Below the pieces are notes generated by a model. The model was given only the letters and a program-made list of their open reading frames with translations. It did not search any database and was not told where the DNA came from. A stretch of DNA of 64,000 nt from contig OY761159.2 of the NCBI GenBank assembly GCA_963664395.2, positions 192,001 through 256,000 on the forward strand. The letters run 5' to 3'. The position numbers were made by a program, and so were the translations under genes. Each line of letters starts with the position of its first letter. The first letter of the stretch is position 1. This stretch comes from Candidatus Binatia bacterium (GTDB lineage Bacteria > Desulfobacterota > Binatia > Bin18). Positions 48,529 to 57,949 of this stretch are shown here, one piece after another.

Positions 48529-49146
48529 ATGCCCAAAGACACAGATACTATTACCTTCCGACCGATGACATCAGAAGACGTCGGGGCGGTGCCGATTGGT
48601 CATCAGGGCGACGAGCAGGAAGTCCGCGCCCGAATCCAGGACCTTGGTTCAAGCGCGATCTTGGCGTTTGACGCCACTCAGCATGTCGGCCAACTCCAGT
48701 TTCGGCGCTACGCCGCGGACACCCGCTCGCCAAAGGGACTGTGGGACCCACTGTATTGGGGCGAATTTGGCAACGAATCTCCAGCGCTGCCTGACCGCAC
48801 ACTCTCCATTTACTGCTACCACGTCGGCCAACTCGACGACACGGACTACCGTGACGCGCGCTATCAGGGCCGGGGCATTGGCCTGCGCCTCTTGGACTCT
48901 TTTCTGGACTGGGCCAAGCAGGCCGGCTTCGAGGCGGTGACGGCCAAGGCTACGCCAGCTCCACGCGAGGTCATGGCGTTTATGGGCGGGCAGCCATCCA
49001 AAGCCTATCTTGTACGCGGCTTTGAGGTGCTTTCGAGTGTGGTCGATACCGAGCTGCGCGACCTCGTGAAAGACAGACAACTCGTGCCGGCCGACGCGGA
49101 CCTCGATAGCGCCGCGCGTATCAGCTATTGCGTGAAGTTTTTCTAA
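48529..49146 (+). CDS. GNAT family acetyltransferase
   Basis: Acetyl-CoA motif YQGRGIG..LL; Y...GF. Confidence 0.75.
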   Translation: MPKDTDTITFRPMTSEDVGAVPIGHQGDEQEVRARIQDLGSSAILAFDATQHVGQLQFRRYAADTRSPKGLWDPLYWGEFGNESPALPDRTLSIYCYHVGQLDDTDYRDARYQGRGIGLRLLDSFLDWAKQAGFEAVTAKATPAPREVMAFMGGQPSKAYLVRGFEVLSSVVDTELRDLVKDRQLVPADADLDSAARISYCVKFF

Positions 49147-49165
49147 CGCTCAGCGTTTTTACCTT

Positions 49166-49207
49166 TCTGTTCGGCGGTTCTTGTTGGAGGCAGGTATCAA
49201 ACCATGA
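49166..49207 (+). pseudogene. 3' tail remnant of a HicA toxin
   Basis: SVRRFLLEAGIKP* with its TGA overlapping the hicB ATG. Confidence 0.6.
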
Positions 49208-49431
49208 TGGAATACAAAGGCTATATTGGGCACGTTGAGTTTGATGACGAAGCGGATGTTCTCCACGGCGAAGTTATCAACATTCGGGATGTCGTCACAT
49301 TTCAAGCGACCTCTGTCGAAGATATCCATAATAAAGCATTTCGAGAATCCGTTGATGACTATATCGAATTCTGTAAATCTCGGAATGAAGTGCCTAATAA
49401 ACCGTTAGCAGCGGCAGTCGCCGAGCAATGA
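49204..49431 (+). pseudogene. hicB: HicB antitoxin, truncated before the DNA-binding domain
   Basis: MEYKGY.G.VEFD.EA...HGEV....DVVTF, AFRESVDDY; ends just after KP where the SG-RHH domain normally follows. Confidence 0.75.
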
Positions 49432-49448
49432 GAATGAGGGGTGCCGAA

Positions 49449-49868
49449 ATGGGAGAGATTACAGTCAACGTTACGCTTGAAAACCCGATTGATCGCGGCG
49501 TTTTTGAGCGAGGAGAGGGCGAGGAAGACGCCATTAGGCATTCCAGCATTGACGCGATTGTCGATACCGGAGCGGTCATGCTGGTTTTACCGCAAAACGT
49601 AGTTGAGCGGCTCGGACTGGAAATCCGCCGAACCGTTATTGCTTCCTATGCAGACGAGCGGAAGGAAGAACATCCGGTAGCCGGTCCGCTGACCATCCGC
49701 ATTGGCAACCGTTTTATGAGCACCGATTGCATTGTCGGTCCTCCTCTGAGTGAGCCGTTGATCGGCCAAATCGTCCTCGAAGCCCTGGATTTAATCGCTG
49801 ATTGTACAAACCGCACCCTCACCCCACGGCCCGAGTCGCCGGACTATCCGCTGTTGAAGCTCAAATGA
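49449..49868 (+). CDS. Clan AA aspartic protease (retropepsin-like)
   Basis: AIVDTGA, PLIGQIVLE.LDL. Confidence 0.85.
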   Translation: MGEITVNVTLENPIDRGVFERGEGEEDAIRHSSIDAIVDTGAVMLVLPQNVVERLGLEIRRTVIASYADERKEEHPVAGPLTIRIGNRFMSTDCIVGPPLSEPLIGQIVLEALDLIADCTNRTLTPRPESPDYPLLKLK

Positions 49869-49977
49869 TAGGGGGCCCCCTCCAGGCTGTCGCGTGAATC
49901 GGCGGTCAGGTCGCCTAGCCAAAACGCGGCACAGTTGGTATTGTCTATCCAACACAGCGCACATAAAGAGGTTCGTC

Positions 49978-51225
49978 ATGAAGGTATCTATGTTTCACCT
50001 GATGCCCTACCGGGACCTGCCGGACGATTTTGAGAAAAAGTATCACTCGGTCTGGGTTGATCCGCCTTGGACGGAATTGGGAGACCCGGAGAAAGTCGGC
50101 CAGTATTACAACTGGTCGCTGGACGAATTGATCCATGCCGCCAAATCCGGCATGGACGGTATCTGCGTGAATGAGCATCATCAGAATGCCTATGGCTGCA
50201 TGCCCAACCCAAACCTGATGGGCTCAGTCCTGGCTCGGGCCACCAATGATATGGACGTGGCGATAGTGCAAATGGGCTCCACGTTGCCGACGACCAACCC
50301 TCCCACGCGAGTGGCCGAAGAATACGGCATGCTCGACACCATCAGCGGCGGCCGTTTAGTCGCCGGTATGCCTTTGGGAACGGCAATGGATGCCACCTTG
50401 TGCGCCGGCATTACGCCGATTGAGCAGCGCGAGCGCTATTACGAGGCCCATGATTTGATCCTCAAAGCCTGGACCGCTCAAGATATCTTTGCCTGGAACG
50501 GCAAATACTATCAGTTGCCCAAGGTCAACGTCTGGCCGCGACCGATCCAACAGCCGCATCCGCCGATCTGGATTCCAGGATTCGGCAGTCTCAGCACCTG
50601 GGAATTTGCGGCCCAACACAACCATTGCTACTGCTTTTTAAGCTATTACGGCCCCAAGACCGGCAAAAGCGTGATGGATGGCTTTTGGCAATTCATCGGC
50701 GAACGCGACATTGAGCCCAACCCCTACCGGGCCGGTTTTCTGCAACTCGTGGCCGTCGCCGAAACCGACGCCAAAGCCGAAGCCCTGTATGAAAAGCATA
50801 TCCAATACTTCTACAACAAATCCTTGCACATCCCACCCGAGTACTTCTTCCCGCCGGGCCATCAGGATTATCGCAGCCTGGAAAACAACGTGCGCAAGGG
50901 CATCTTCAAGAGCTATTTTGATAAGCTCGACAAAATCCCCAACTGGAAGTTCAAAGACTTTGTGGACGAAGGCTTTGTGATTGCCGGCAGTCCGTCAACC
51001 GTGCGCGATATGCTCACCGATGCGGTCAAAGACCTGCGGATCGGCAACCTGATGGTATTGCTGCACATTGGCTCCATGCCGCATGACCTCACCCTCAAAA
51101 ACATCGATATGTTCAGCAGCGAAGTCATGCCCCATATCCACGATGTGTGGGACAACCAGTGGGAGAATCACTGGTGGCCGGAAAAGCTGCGGACTAAGCG
51201 CCAGGCCTCGATTGCGGCGCTGTAA
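49978..51225 (+). CDS. LLM-class flavin-dependent oxidoreductase
   Basis: NEHHQ.AYG.MPNP, RVAEEY.MLD.ISGGR, WPRPIQQPHPPIW. Confidence 0.9.
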   Translation: MKVSMFHLMPYRDLPDDFEKKYHSVWVDPPWTELGDPEKVGQYYNWSLDELIHAAKSGMDGICVNEHHQNAYGCMPNPNLMGSVLARATNDMDVAIVQMGSTLPTTNPPTRVAEEYGMLDTISGGRLVAGMPLGTAMDATLCAGITPIEQRERYYEAHDLILKAWTAQDIFAWNGKYYQLPKVNVWPRPIQQPHPPIWIPGFGSLSTWEFAAQHNHCYCFLSYYGPKTGKSVMDGFWQFIGERDIEPNPYRAGFLQLVAVAETDAKAEALYEKHIQYFYNKSLHIPPEYFFPPGHQDYRSLENNVRKGIFKSYFDKLDKIPNWKFKDFVDEGFVIAGSPSTVRDMLTDAVKDLRIGNLMVLLHIGSMPHDLTLKNIDMFSSEVMPHIHDVWDNQWENHWWPEKLRTKRQASIAAL

Positions 51226-51249
51226 GGGCAAAAGTAAAAGGAAAAACAG

Positions 51250-52047
51250 ATGGTCGCAGTCCAAGAACAAACCGTTAGTGTCTGGGAAAACCGGATCAGC
51301 CCCAAAGTCCAAGTCGCCGGAAGCGGGCCACCGGTGGTGTTTCTGCACGGCGCGTATGGACTGACCTGGGATCCGTTTTTAGATGGTCTGGCAGAGCACT
51401 TCACCGTGTATGCGCCCGAGCATCCCGGTACGACCTTAGGCGATCCGGATGGTATTAAGCCCTTGGATAATTTATGGGACTTGGTGCTGTATTACGACGA
51501 GCTGTTTGCCCAGCTCGGCTTAGACAATCCAACGGTCATCGGTCATTCGTTTGGCGGTATGGTCGCCGCGGAGATCGCCGCCTGCTATCCGCAGCGGGTT
51601 GGCAAACTGGTGTTGCTGAGTCCAATCGGCCTCTGGCGGGACGACGTCCCGGTCAAAAACTGGATGATCATGCCTCTGGAAGAGGTGGTCAAAGCTGTCT
51701 TCTACGACCCCAGTGGCCCCCTCGCCCAGCAGATGCTGAGCGTACCGGAGGACGAGAAGGAAGCCCAGGACCTGCAAATTCGGGTGACCTGGTCACTCGC
51801 CTGCACCGGCAAATTTATCTGGCCCATTCCGGATAAAGGACTCAAGAAACGTATCCACCGGATTGCGTCGCCTACTTTGATTATCTGGGGCACCGGGGAC
51901 AAGCTCGTCCCACCGGTCTATGCCGAGGAGTTTGGCAGTCGGATTGCCGGCTCACGGATTGAAATGGTTGAGCAGGCGGCCCACGTTCCTCAGCTCGAAC
52001 AGCTTGAGCACGTCTCCGGCCTGGTCCGGGATTTTATTCAGTCTTAA
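51250..52047 (+). CDS. Alpha/beta hydrolase
   Basis: FLHG, GHSFGG, WG..D, AAH.PQLE. Confidence 0.9.
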   Translation: MVAVQEQTVSVWENRISPKVQVAGSGPPVVFLHGAYGLTWDPFLDGLAEHFTVYAPEHPGTTLGDPDGIKPLDNLWDLVLYYDELFAQLGLDNPTVIGHSFGGMVAAEIAACYPQRVGKLVLLSPIGLWRDDVPVKNWMIMPLEEVVKAVFYDPSGPLAQQMLSVPEDEKEAQDLQIRVTWSLACTGKFIWPIPDKGLKKRIHRIASPTLIIWGTGDKLVPPVYAEEFGSRIAGSRIEMVEQAAHVPQLEQLEHVSGLVRDFIQS

Positions 52048-52081
52048 CCCTGTCACAGAAGAAGGAAGAAGGAGGTAGAGA

Positions 52082-52450
52082 ATGATTAGTTATGTCACGC
52101 TCGGAACGAACGATTTGGATCGTGCGGCCAAGTATTATGACGAACTCTTGGCCGAATTTGGCGCCAAGCGCATGATGGAGAATGAGCGCATTATCTTATG
52201 GGGCACCGCAGGGGCTCCGATGCTGGCGGTGTGTAAGCCGTTTGATGAGAATGCGGCCTCGGTCGGCAATGGCGTGATGGTCGCGCTCGCCGCGAGCAGC
52301 GCGGAACAAGTTGCCACAATCTATGCGAAGGCGCTGGAGTTGGGCGGTACGGACGAAGGTGCGCCCGGACCACGGGGTGGCGGTGGCATGACCATCGGTT
52401 ATTTTCGTGATCTGGACGGCAACAAGCTCAACGCCATCCATATGGGGTAA
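52082..52450 (+). CDS. VOC/glyoxalase family protein
   Basis: YVTLGTNDL, GNGVMVAL, DEGAPG.R, YFRDLDGNKL. Confidence 0.9.
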   Translation: MISYVTLGTNDLDRAAKYYDELLAEFGAKRMMENERIILWGTAGAPMLAVCKPFDENAASVGNGVMVALAASSAEQVATIYAKALELGGTDEGAPGPRGGGGMTIGYFRDLDGNKLNAIHMG

Positions 52451-52476
52451 ATTCGCAGACTGTGCGTTTGTAACAG

Positions 52477-52505
52477 AAGGTGGGGTCATTCGACCCCACC
52501 TTTTT
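52477..52505 (+). terminator. Intrinsic terminator
   Basis: aaggtggggtc-attc-gaccccacctt followed by a T run. Confidence 0.8.
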
Positions 52506-52559
52506 CGTTCCCAACAGCTACCCCATCTCCCCGTCCCTCTAGCCATCCCGACAATACCC

Positions 52560-53123
52560 ATGCGTACCAAGGTCTGGATTTTTGGCTATGGGTCATTGGT
52601 CTGGAACCCTGGGTTCTCCTTTGAACAGAGTCAGGTCGGCTACATCCGAGGCTGGGCACGGCGTTTTTATCAGGGTTCAACCGACCATAGAGGGATTCCG
52701 GGTTCCCCAGGCCGAGTGGCTACCTTAGTCGCCGATGCCGCAGCCGTGTGTTGGGGCCTGGCCTACCAAGTTGCCGGAGATTCTCTGGCATCTATTTTTT
52801 CTTATCTTGATTATCGAGAGAAAGGCGGGTTTAGCCGCCATCAGGTGGACTTTTATCCCAAGACCGGACCCGCGGATGCCTCTGCGCCCTCCGTTACCAC
52901 CGCCGCTGTCTACATCGCTCGGGACGACAACCCGCACTATCTCGGTCCGGCCTCCGTGCCAGAGATGGCACGCCATATTTTTCATGCCAAGGGGCCGAGC
53001 GGCTCGAATCGGGACTATCTTATCCGACTGGCCGAGAGCTTACGTGGCCTGGGGGTGACGGATACGCATATCACTGAACTCGAACATCACATCCGTCAGC
53101 TTGAAACCCGAGGTCAAGAATAG
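52560..53123 (+). CDS. chaC: ChaC-like glutathione gamma-glutamylcyclotransferase
   Basis: WIFGYGSLVW, DHRG.P..PGRV, YLDYREK.G, GPSG.N.DY. Confidence 0.88.
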   Translation: MRTKVWIFGYGSLVWNPGFSFEQSQVGYIRGWARRFYQGSTDHRGIPGSPGRVATLVADAAAVCWGLAYQVAGDSLASIFSYLDYREKGGFSRHQVDFYPKTGPADASAPSVTTAAVYIARDDNPHYLGPASVPEMARHIFHAKGPSGSNRDYLIRLAESLRGLGVTDTHITELEHHIRQLETRGQE

Positions 53124-53168
53124 ACCAAGCGGCTGAGGCAAAGAGTACGCCTCAGGGACGGCATCGGG

Positions 53169-55022
53169 TCAATCGGGCAGGCCAAAGGCAATCACCGCAT
53201 CGCCCAGAGGGAAATTGAACAATTTGTGTCCACCAGCGGCAACGGCGACAAATTGCTTACCATCCACCGCATACGTCACGGGCGGAGCATTCACTCCAGC
53301 GCCTGCGTTAAAGTGCCATAACTCGGCTCCGTCCTGGGCATTGCGGGCCACAAACTTGCCATTGGATTCACCGTGGAAGACTAATCCACCCGCAGTGGCC
53401 AGGGAGCCGCTCAGCAGCGGTAAATCTGTTTTAACCTGCCATTTGATCTTGCCGTCATTGGGCTCAATGGCGCTCAGGGTTCCCCAGCGTTCGACAGTTT
53501 TATCAAACGAAATGACGATCCGCTCAGGCTGTCCGGCCTCCCCCGGTTTGAGTTGATAGCGCGTCGGGTTGTGGGTCCCCGAGACGTATAACCAGCCGGT
53601 TTGGGGACTGTACGACGTGGGCGGCCAATTTGCTCCGCCCGCCGCTCCTGGCGCAATGAACACCCCTTCAGGTGTCGGTCTGTGGAAGAGCAGTTCGTTT
53701 TGAGGTACGAAGGCTTCTGAGCGGCGCAACGCCTTGCCTGTCACCCGATCAAATATATACAGCCAGCCTGATTTGGAGGCTTCAGCCACTGCTCGCACGG
53801 TTGTTCCATTGGCGGGGAAGTCAAATAAAACCGGCGGCGAGGCAACATCATAGCCCCAAATGTCATGCGGTACGATCTGGTGATACCAACGCAGCTTGCC
53901 GGTCTGAATATCGAGAGCGACGAGCGAGGCGGTGTACAGATTGTCGCCGGGGCGTTTGTAATCATCATAACCAGGCGAAGCATTACCGGTCCCGAAATAG
54001 ATCAGACCCAGCTCGGGATCGACCGACGGTGAGGAATAAATCGAGCCACCGCCCGTCTTCCAGGCATCGCCATATTTGTCCGCGTTGGCACGCTCGGCGG
54101 CAAGGTCACGCCCAAGTACATCACCGAACGAGGTCCGCTCAACAAATTCGCCTTCCCACCCTTCTGAAGCTGTCGCATACCAGCGCCAGACCAACTTCCC
54201 ATCGGTTGCAGCATAGGCGGACAGGAAGGCCCGGAGACCACGCCGGGGACCGGGACGGCCAAGCACAGAAGGATCATCCGCTTCAGCTTCACTGAGTACG
54301 CCACTATAGCCTGTCCCGCTCACTCCAACGAACACCTTGCCGTCGTATACGGCCGGTGCCATGTTGCCGGCAAAGCGCGTCAGCGCTTTGAGTTCGGCGG
54401 CGTTCCCGGGACTTGAGGCGTCTGTCGCTTTGAGCTCTTTGAGCGGCGTGAGGTCAGCCGGGTTTCCGGTCGCAGGATCGACAACCGGCATGTCCCACGC
54501 CACGGCTCCCGTATCAGCATCAAGCGCCATCAGACGCGCGTCTGCGGTGACCATATACAGTCGCCCATAGCCGATAGCGACCCCCCGGTTGTGTGTCCCG
54601 CAACAGAGCGTATCAACCGACATCTCATGCGTGTATCGCCAGCGCTCCGCCCCGGTTGCCGCATCCAGGGCCACGACATGGTTGTACGGCGTGGTGAGAT
54701 ACATCACCCCGTCGGCAACAATGGGATTGGTTGGAAACGTGCCGAGCACCCCGGTCTGATAGATCCACTTCGGCACCAGCCGTTGCACGTTGTCGGTCGT
54801 AATCTGCTCAAGCCCGCTGTAACGCTGATTGGCATAGCCGTGTCCATAGGTCAGCCAGTTGTCGTGGTCGGTGTGGGCTTGGAGTAAACGCGTCTCCTCG
54901 ACCGCCCTGGTCGCCGTACTCCCCAGGCACACGACGGCGACGACCAGGAAAACAATCCGAGTGATGTGTCCAAGTACGGCGGCAATGCTTCGCTGCCCTC
55001 GTTCGTACATAGAGAACCTCAA
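53169..55022 (-). CDS. PQQ-dependent dehydrogenase (alcohol-dehydrogenase fold), exported
   Basis: W..YG....NQRYS.L.QI, vicinal CC, RPGDNLYT.S, GGANW, TAGGLVF. Confidence 0.85.
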   Translation of the reverse strand: MRFSMYERGQRSIAAVLGHITRIVFLVVAVVCLGSTATRAVEETRLLQAHTDHDNWLTYGHGYANQRYSGLEQITTDNVQRLVPKWIYQTGVLGTFPTNPIVADGVMYLTTPYNHVVALDAATGAERWRYTHEMSVDTLCCGTHNRGVAIGYGRLYMVTADARLMALDADTGAVAWDMPVVDPATGNPADLTPLKELKATDASSPGNAAELKALTRFAGNMAPAVYDGKVFVGVSGTGYSGVLSEAEADDPSVLGRPGPRRGLRAFLSAYAATDGKLVWRWYATASEGWEGEFVERTSFGDVLGRDLAAERANADKYGDAWKTGGGSIYSSPSVDPELGLIYFGTGNASPGYDDYKRPGDNLYTASLVALDIQTGKLRWYHQIVPHDIWGYDVASPPVLFDFPANGTTVRAVAEASKSGWLYIFDRVTGKALRRSEAFVPQNELLFHRPTPEGVFIAPGAAGGANWPPTSYSPQTGWLYVSGTHNPTRYQLKPGEAGQPERIVISFDKTVERWGTLSAIEPNDGKIKWQVKTDLPLLSGSLATAGGLVFHGESNGKFVARNAQDGAELWHFNAGAGVNAPPVTYAVDGKQFVAVAAGGHKLFNFPLGDAVIAFGLPD

Positions 55023-55144
55023 TGGTGTGGAAGAGAATTGCTTCTACGTATAGGAAAATCGGTAGAGAAACTACGTGGCCTTTTCACCCTGGGTGTGATT
55101 TGTTTGCCCGGCCAAATGAGCGATACAGCGGATAGGAGTAGCCG

Positions 55145-55954
55145 ATGTTGCAGCAAGCCCTAGATTTCCGAGAAGAGAGTGACGCGGTATGCGCCCTGCT
55201 TGACGGGTTGGACGATCAAGACTGGGGAAAGAAAACTCAGTTCAAAGCGTGGACGATCAACGATATCATCGCCCATCTGCACATGGGCAACTATGCGGCA
55301 GACCTCTCATTGCAGGATACCACGCAGAATACCACGGCCTTCCTGGACTTGGTGAAAGAATTCGCAGCAGGCAGCAAGCAGCACGGACGGCTCGCCTTCA
55401 CCCAGGTCTGGCTCGATGGGTTGCGAGACCGGGCCTTATTGCAGCACTGGCGGGACTTTTATCTTGAGATGGCAGACCGCTTTGCAACGGTGGACCCCAA
55501 AAAACGGGTGCAATGGTTTGGGCCGGACATGAGCGTGCGTTCCAGTATCACGGCGCGCCTGATGGAGACCTGGGCGCACAGTCAGGCCATATACGACCTG
55601 CTGGGGCAAACCCGAACCGACACCGACCGGATCAAGAACGTGGTCGTCATGGGGGTGAATACCTTCGGCTGGACCTTCGCGAACCGCAAGCTCGCCGTGC
55701 CGACGGACGTCCCCTACCTCCGGCTCAGCGCACCGTCGAGAGAGCTATGGGAGTGGAATCAACCGGATCAGGAGAATCGGATCGAGGGCAGCGCCGTCGA
55801 GTTCTGTCAGGTGGTCACGCAGGTACGCAATATCGCGGACACCTCACTTCGAGTGAGTGGCGCTACGGCCACCAGCTGGATGGCCATGGCGCAGTGCTTT
55901 GCCGGCCCACCGGAAGAGCCACCGGCACCGGGAAGCCGCTTTCGGCAAGTCTAA
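55145..55954 (+). CDS. TIGR03084-like metal-binding protein (maleylpyruvate isomerase/DinB fold)
   Basis: WTI.D.IAHL, ARLMETWAH.Q, TFGWTF, QCFAGP. Confidence 0.8.
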   Translation: MLQQALDFREESDAVCALLDGLDDQDWGKKTQFKAWTINDIIAHLHMGNYAADLSLQDTTQNTTAFLDLVKEFAAGSKQHGRLAFTQVWLDGLRDRALLQHWRDFYLEMADRFATVDPKKRVQWFGPDMSVRSSITARLMETWAHSQAIYDLLGQTRTDTDRIKNVVVMGVNTFGWTFANRKLAVPTDVPYLRLSAPSRELWEWNQPDQENRIEGSAVEFCQVVTQVRNIADTSLRVSGATATSWMAMAQCFAGPPEEPPAPGSRFRQV

Positions 55955-55973
55955 TTCTGGGTTGGCGACACTA

Positions 55974-56188
55974 ATGATCACAGAGAGTATGTTTGTCCTC
56001 GCAGTCCCGAATCTAGAAGTATCGGAGGTGTCCTATCGAGACGTGTTTGGTTTTAAAATTCAGGAAATGGGGACCCAGTTTGGCGCCTCTTCGTACGAGA
56101 TTCATGTCAGATCGTAGCCGGAGAGTGTCCGGCCACGATTCCAGTCACAGAGCTTTACGATCACTCGTACTTTGCTGATATTGCAGTT
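55974..56188 (+). pseudogene. Frameshifted, truncated VOC-family gene
   Basis: MITESMFVLAVPNL...YRDVFGF..QEMG, then after a 1-nt shift in the G run at about 56069-56072 DPVWRLFVRDSCQIVAGECP...DHSYFA. Confidence 0.65.
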
Positions 56189-56207
56189 AGACACTTCAGG
56201 ATAGATT

Positions 56208-56954
56208 ATGCATCCATCCCTCAAGGAAATCGCAGTGAACATGTCCAAGCGATCGCCAAATGACGAGCTTGAGCACTACGCGGTTACAATACTTGCGGAC
56301 GAAGAGGGCAATCCATGTTGGACATGCCAAAGTTATTGGGTGGGATTCGAGGACGAGGAACGTAAGATTGAGCTTAGACAGGCCCGTCTTGTACTAGCGA
56401 GCAACTTAACGCAAGTACTTCGAGATAGTCTAAAGGAAGGATGTTTGGTTGTCGAGACACCTAACGAACTGGCTATCTTCTTTTTGCTTGGCGGGCACGC
56501 AGTTATTGAACGGATCCTTGCAGAAACGGCTCTGCCTGAAGTCTTGAAGCCACATCCGGTCGTCCAAACGGGATTTACCGGTTTCCGGTCCACCAAGGAC
56601 ATGCCAAAAACCGTATTTCAGAGGGCAACGACCAAAAGGCAGAGAATGAGCATTCTTAAGCGAGATGGATATCGCTGCAAGATATGCGGTAGATCAGCCT
56701 ATAACAACGTTGATGTAACACTTCACGTGCACCACATCCGCCCGTGGGCCGAACGGGGACTAACGCACGACGACAATCTAATCACATTGTGTCACACCTG
56801 CCATGAAGGTCTCGATCCCCATTACGAACTAAGCCTTTTCGGTCTTCTAACCGAGTCTGGCGAGCTTCTCGATGTGGAAAGCTCAAGGAGGAAGCATCTC
56901 GAAGCCGTCAGGCGCTATCGAGAAGAGAGCTTTAAGAGGCTGCGAGAACTCTGA
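56208..56954 (+). CDS. HNH endonuclease with uncharacterised N-terminal domain (alternative starts 56235/56241)
   Basis: RDGYRCKICG...LHVHHI.P....G.T...NLITLCHTCH. Confidence 0.88.
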   Translation: MHPSLKEIAVNMSKRSPNDELEHYAVTILADEEGNPCWTCQSYWVGFEDEERKIELRQARLVLASNLTQVLRDSLKEGCLVVETPNELAIFFLLGGHAVIERILAETALPEVLKPHPVVQTGFTGFRSTKDMPKTVFQRATTKRQRMSILKRDGYRCKICGRSAYNNVDVTLHVHHIRPWAERGLTHDDNLITLCHTCHEGLDPHYELSLFGLLTESGELLDVESSRRKHLEAVRRYREESFKRLREL

Positions 56955-57092
56955 CACTTAGAAGTTATGCAGAAATCCAGCCGACCTTAACGAATAATAC
57001 GTCATAGGACTCGAATCCGGCTCCCTTTCGCTTCCCCTCACAAATCCACCGCATGCTCTGAGAGTGGGTAATCCAACTCCATTCCAACACAT

Positions 57093-57800
57093 TCAGAATT
57101 TTTCCTTGAACGGCCGAACGTCGATCTCGGTCGTCCAGGAACTGCGGTCCTGATGGGCCATATGCCAATACGTCTCGGCAATGGCCTCGGGCTTGAGCAT
57201 GTCGTCCGCGGCCATATTGGGATAGTTGCGGCCCGGGATGTCGATTACGCCGTCAACATTGACCCAACCCACATGAATGCCTTTGGGACCCAGGTCACGC
57301 GCCAGCGATTGCACTAAGCCGCGCAGGGCAAACTTGGCCGGGCCGAAGGCCACTGAGCGGGGGCCGGCCTTGACGCCGGCGGTCGCACCGGTAAACAGCA
57401 TGGCACCACGCCCGCGCTCAAGCATGTCCGGGACCACTTCTTTCGCGCTGAGAAATGCGCCATAGGCGTTGACCCGCCAGTTGGCTTCGTACTGTTCCGG
57501 GGTTATATCGGCGATTGTGCCAAAGGCGCCCCCACCGGCGTTATACAGCAGTATCTCGGGCGGGCCGAGCTGTTCACGGATTGTCTTGAACAGCGTCTCA
57601 ATCTGGGCTCGGTCGCTCAGGTCAGCCGGGACCTCGCAGACCTGGCCTCCTTCGGCGCGGATTTCTTCCGCCAGCGATTTGAGATATTCCGCGCGGCGGG
57701 CGTTAATGGCCACGGCATATTCTTTTGCAAAACGATGAGCCAGCGCGGCCCCCAAACCCGGACCAACTCCAAGCACTGCGACAACTGGTTTTTCTGCCAT
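57093..57800 (-). CDS. Short-chain dehydrogenase/reductase
   Basis: GVGPGLG, LYNAG, FTGATA, KFALRGL.QSLAR. Confidence 0.9.
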   Translation of the reverse strand: MAEKPVVAVLGVGPGLGAALAHRFAKEYAVAINARRAEYLKSLAEEIRAEGGQVCEVPADLSDRAQIETLFKTIREQLGPPEILLYNAGGGAFGTIADITPEQYEANWRVNAYGAFLSAKEVVPDMLERGRGAMLFTGATAGVKAGPRSVAFGPAKFALRGLVQSLARDLGPKGIHVGWVNVDGVIDIPGRNYPNMAADDMLKPEAIAETYWHMAHQDRSSWTTEIDVRPFKEKF

Positions 57801-57949
57801 AAGAACGTCCTTTCGTTTCTGAGGGCCAAAAAGTACGACGGAAATGGATTAGACGCAAGCGGTAGAGGACAAGCGTTTGCAGCGAACAGCCATCTGATAT
57901 ACCTATCGGCCTCTGTCAGCGACAGCAGCGAGAGGCAGAGGAGAGATGT

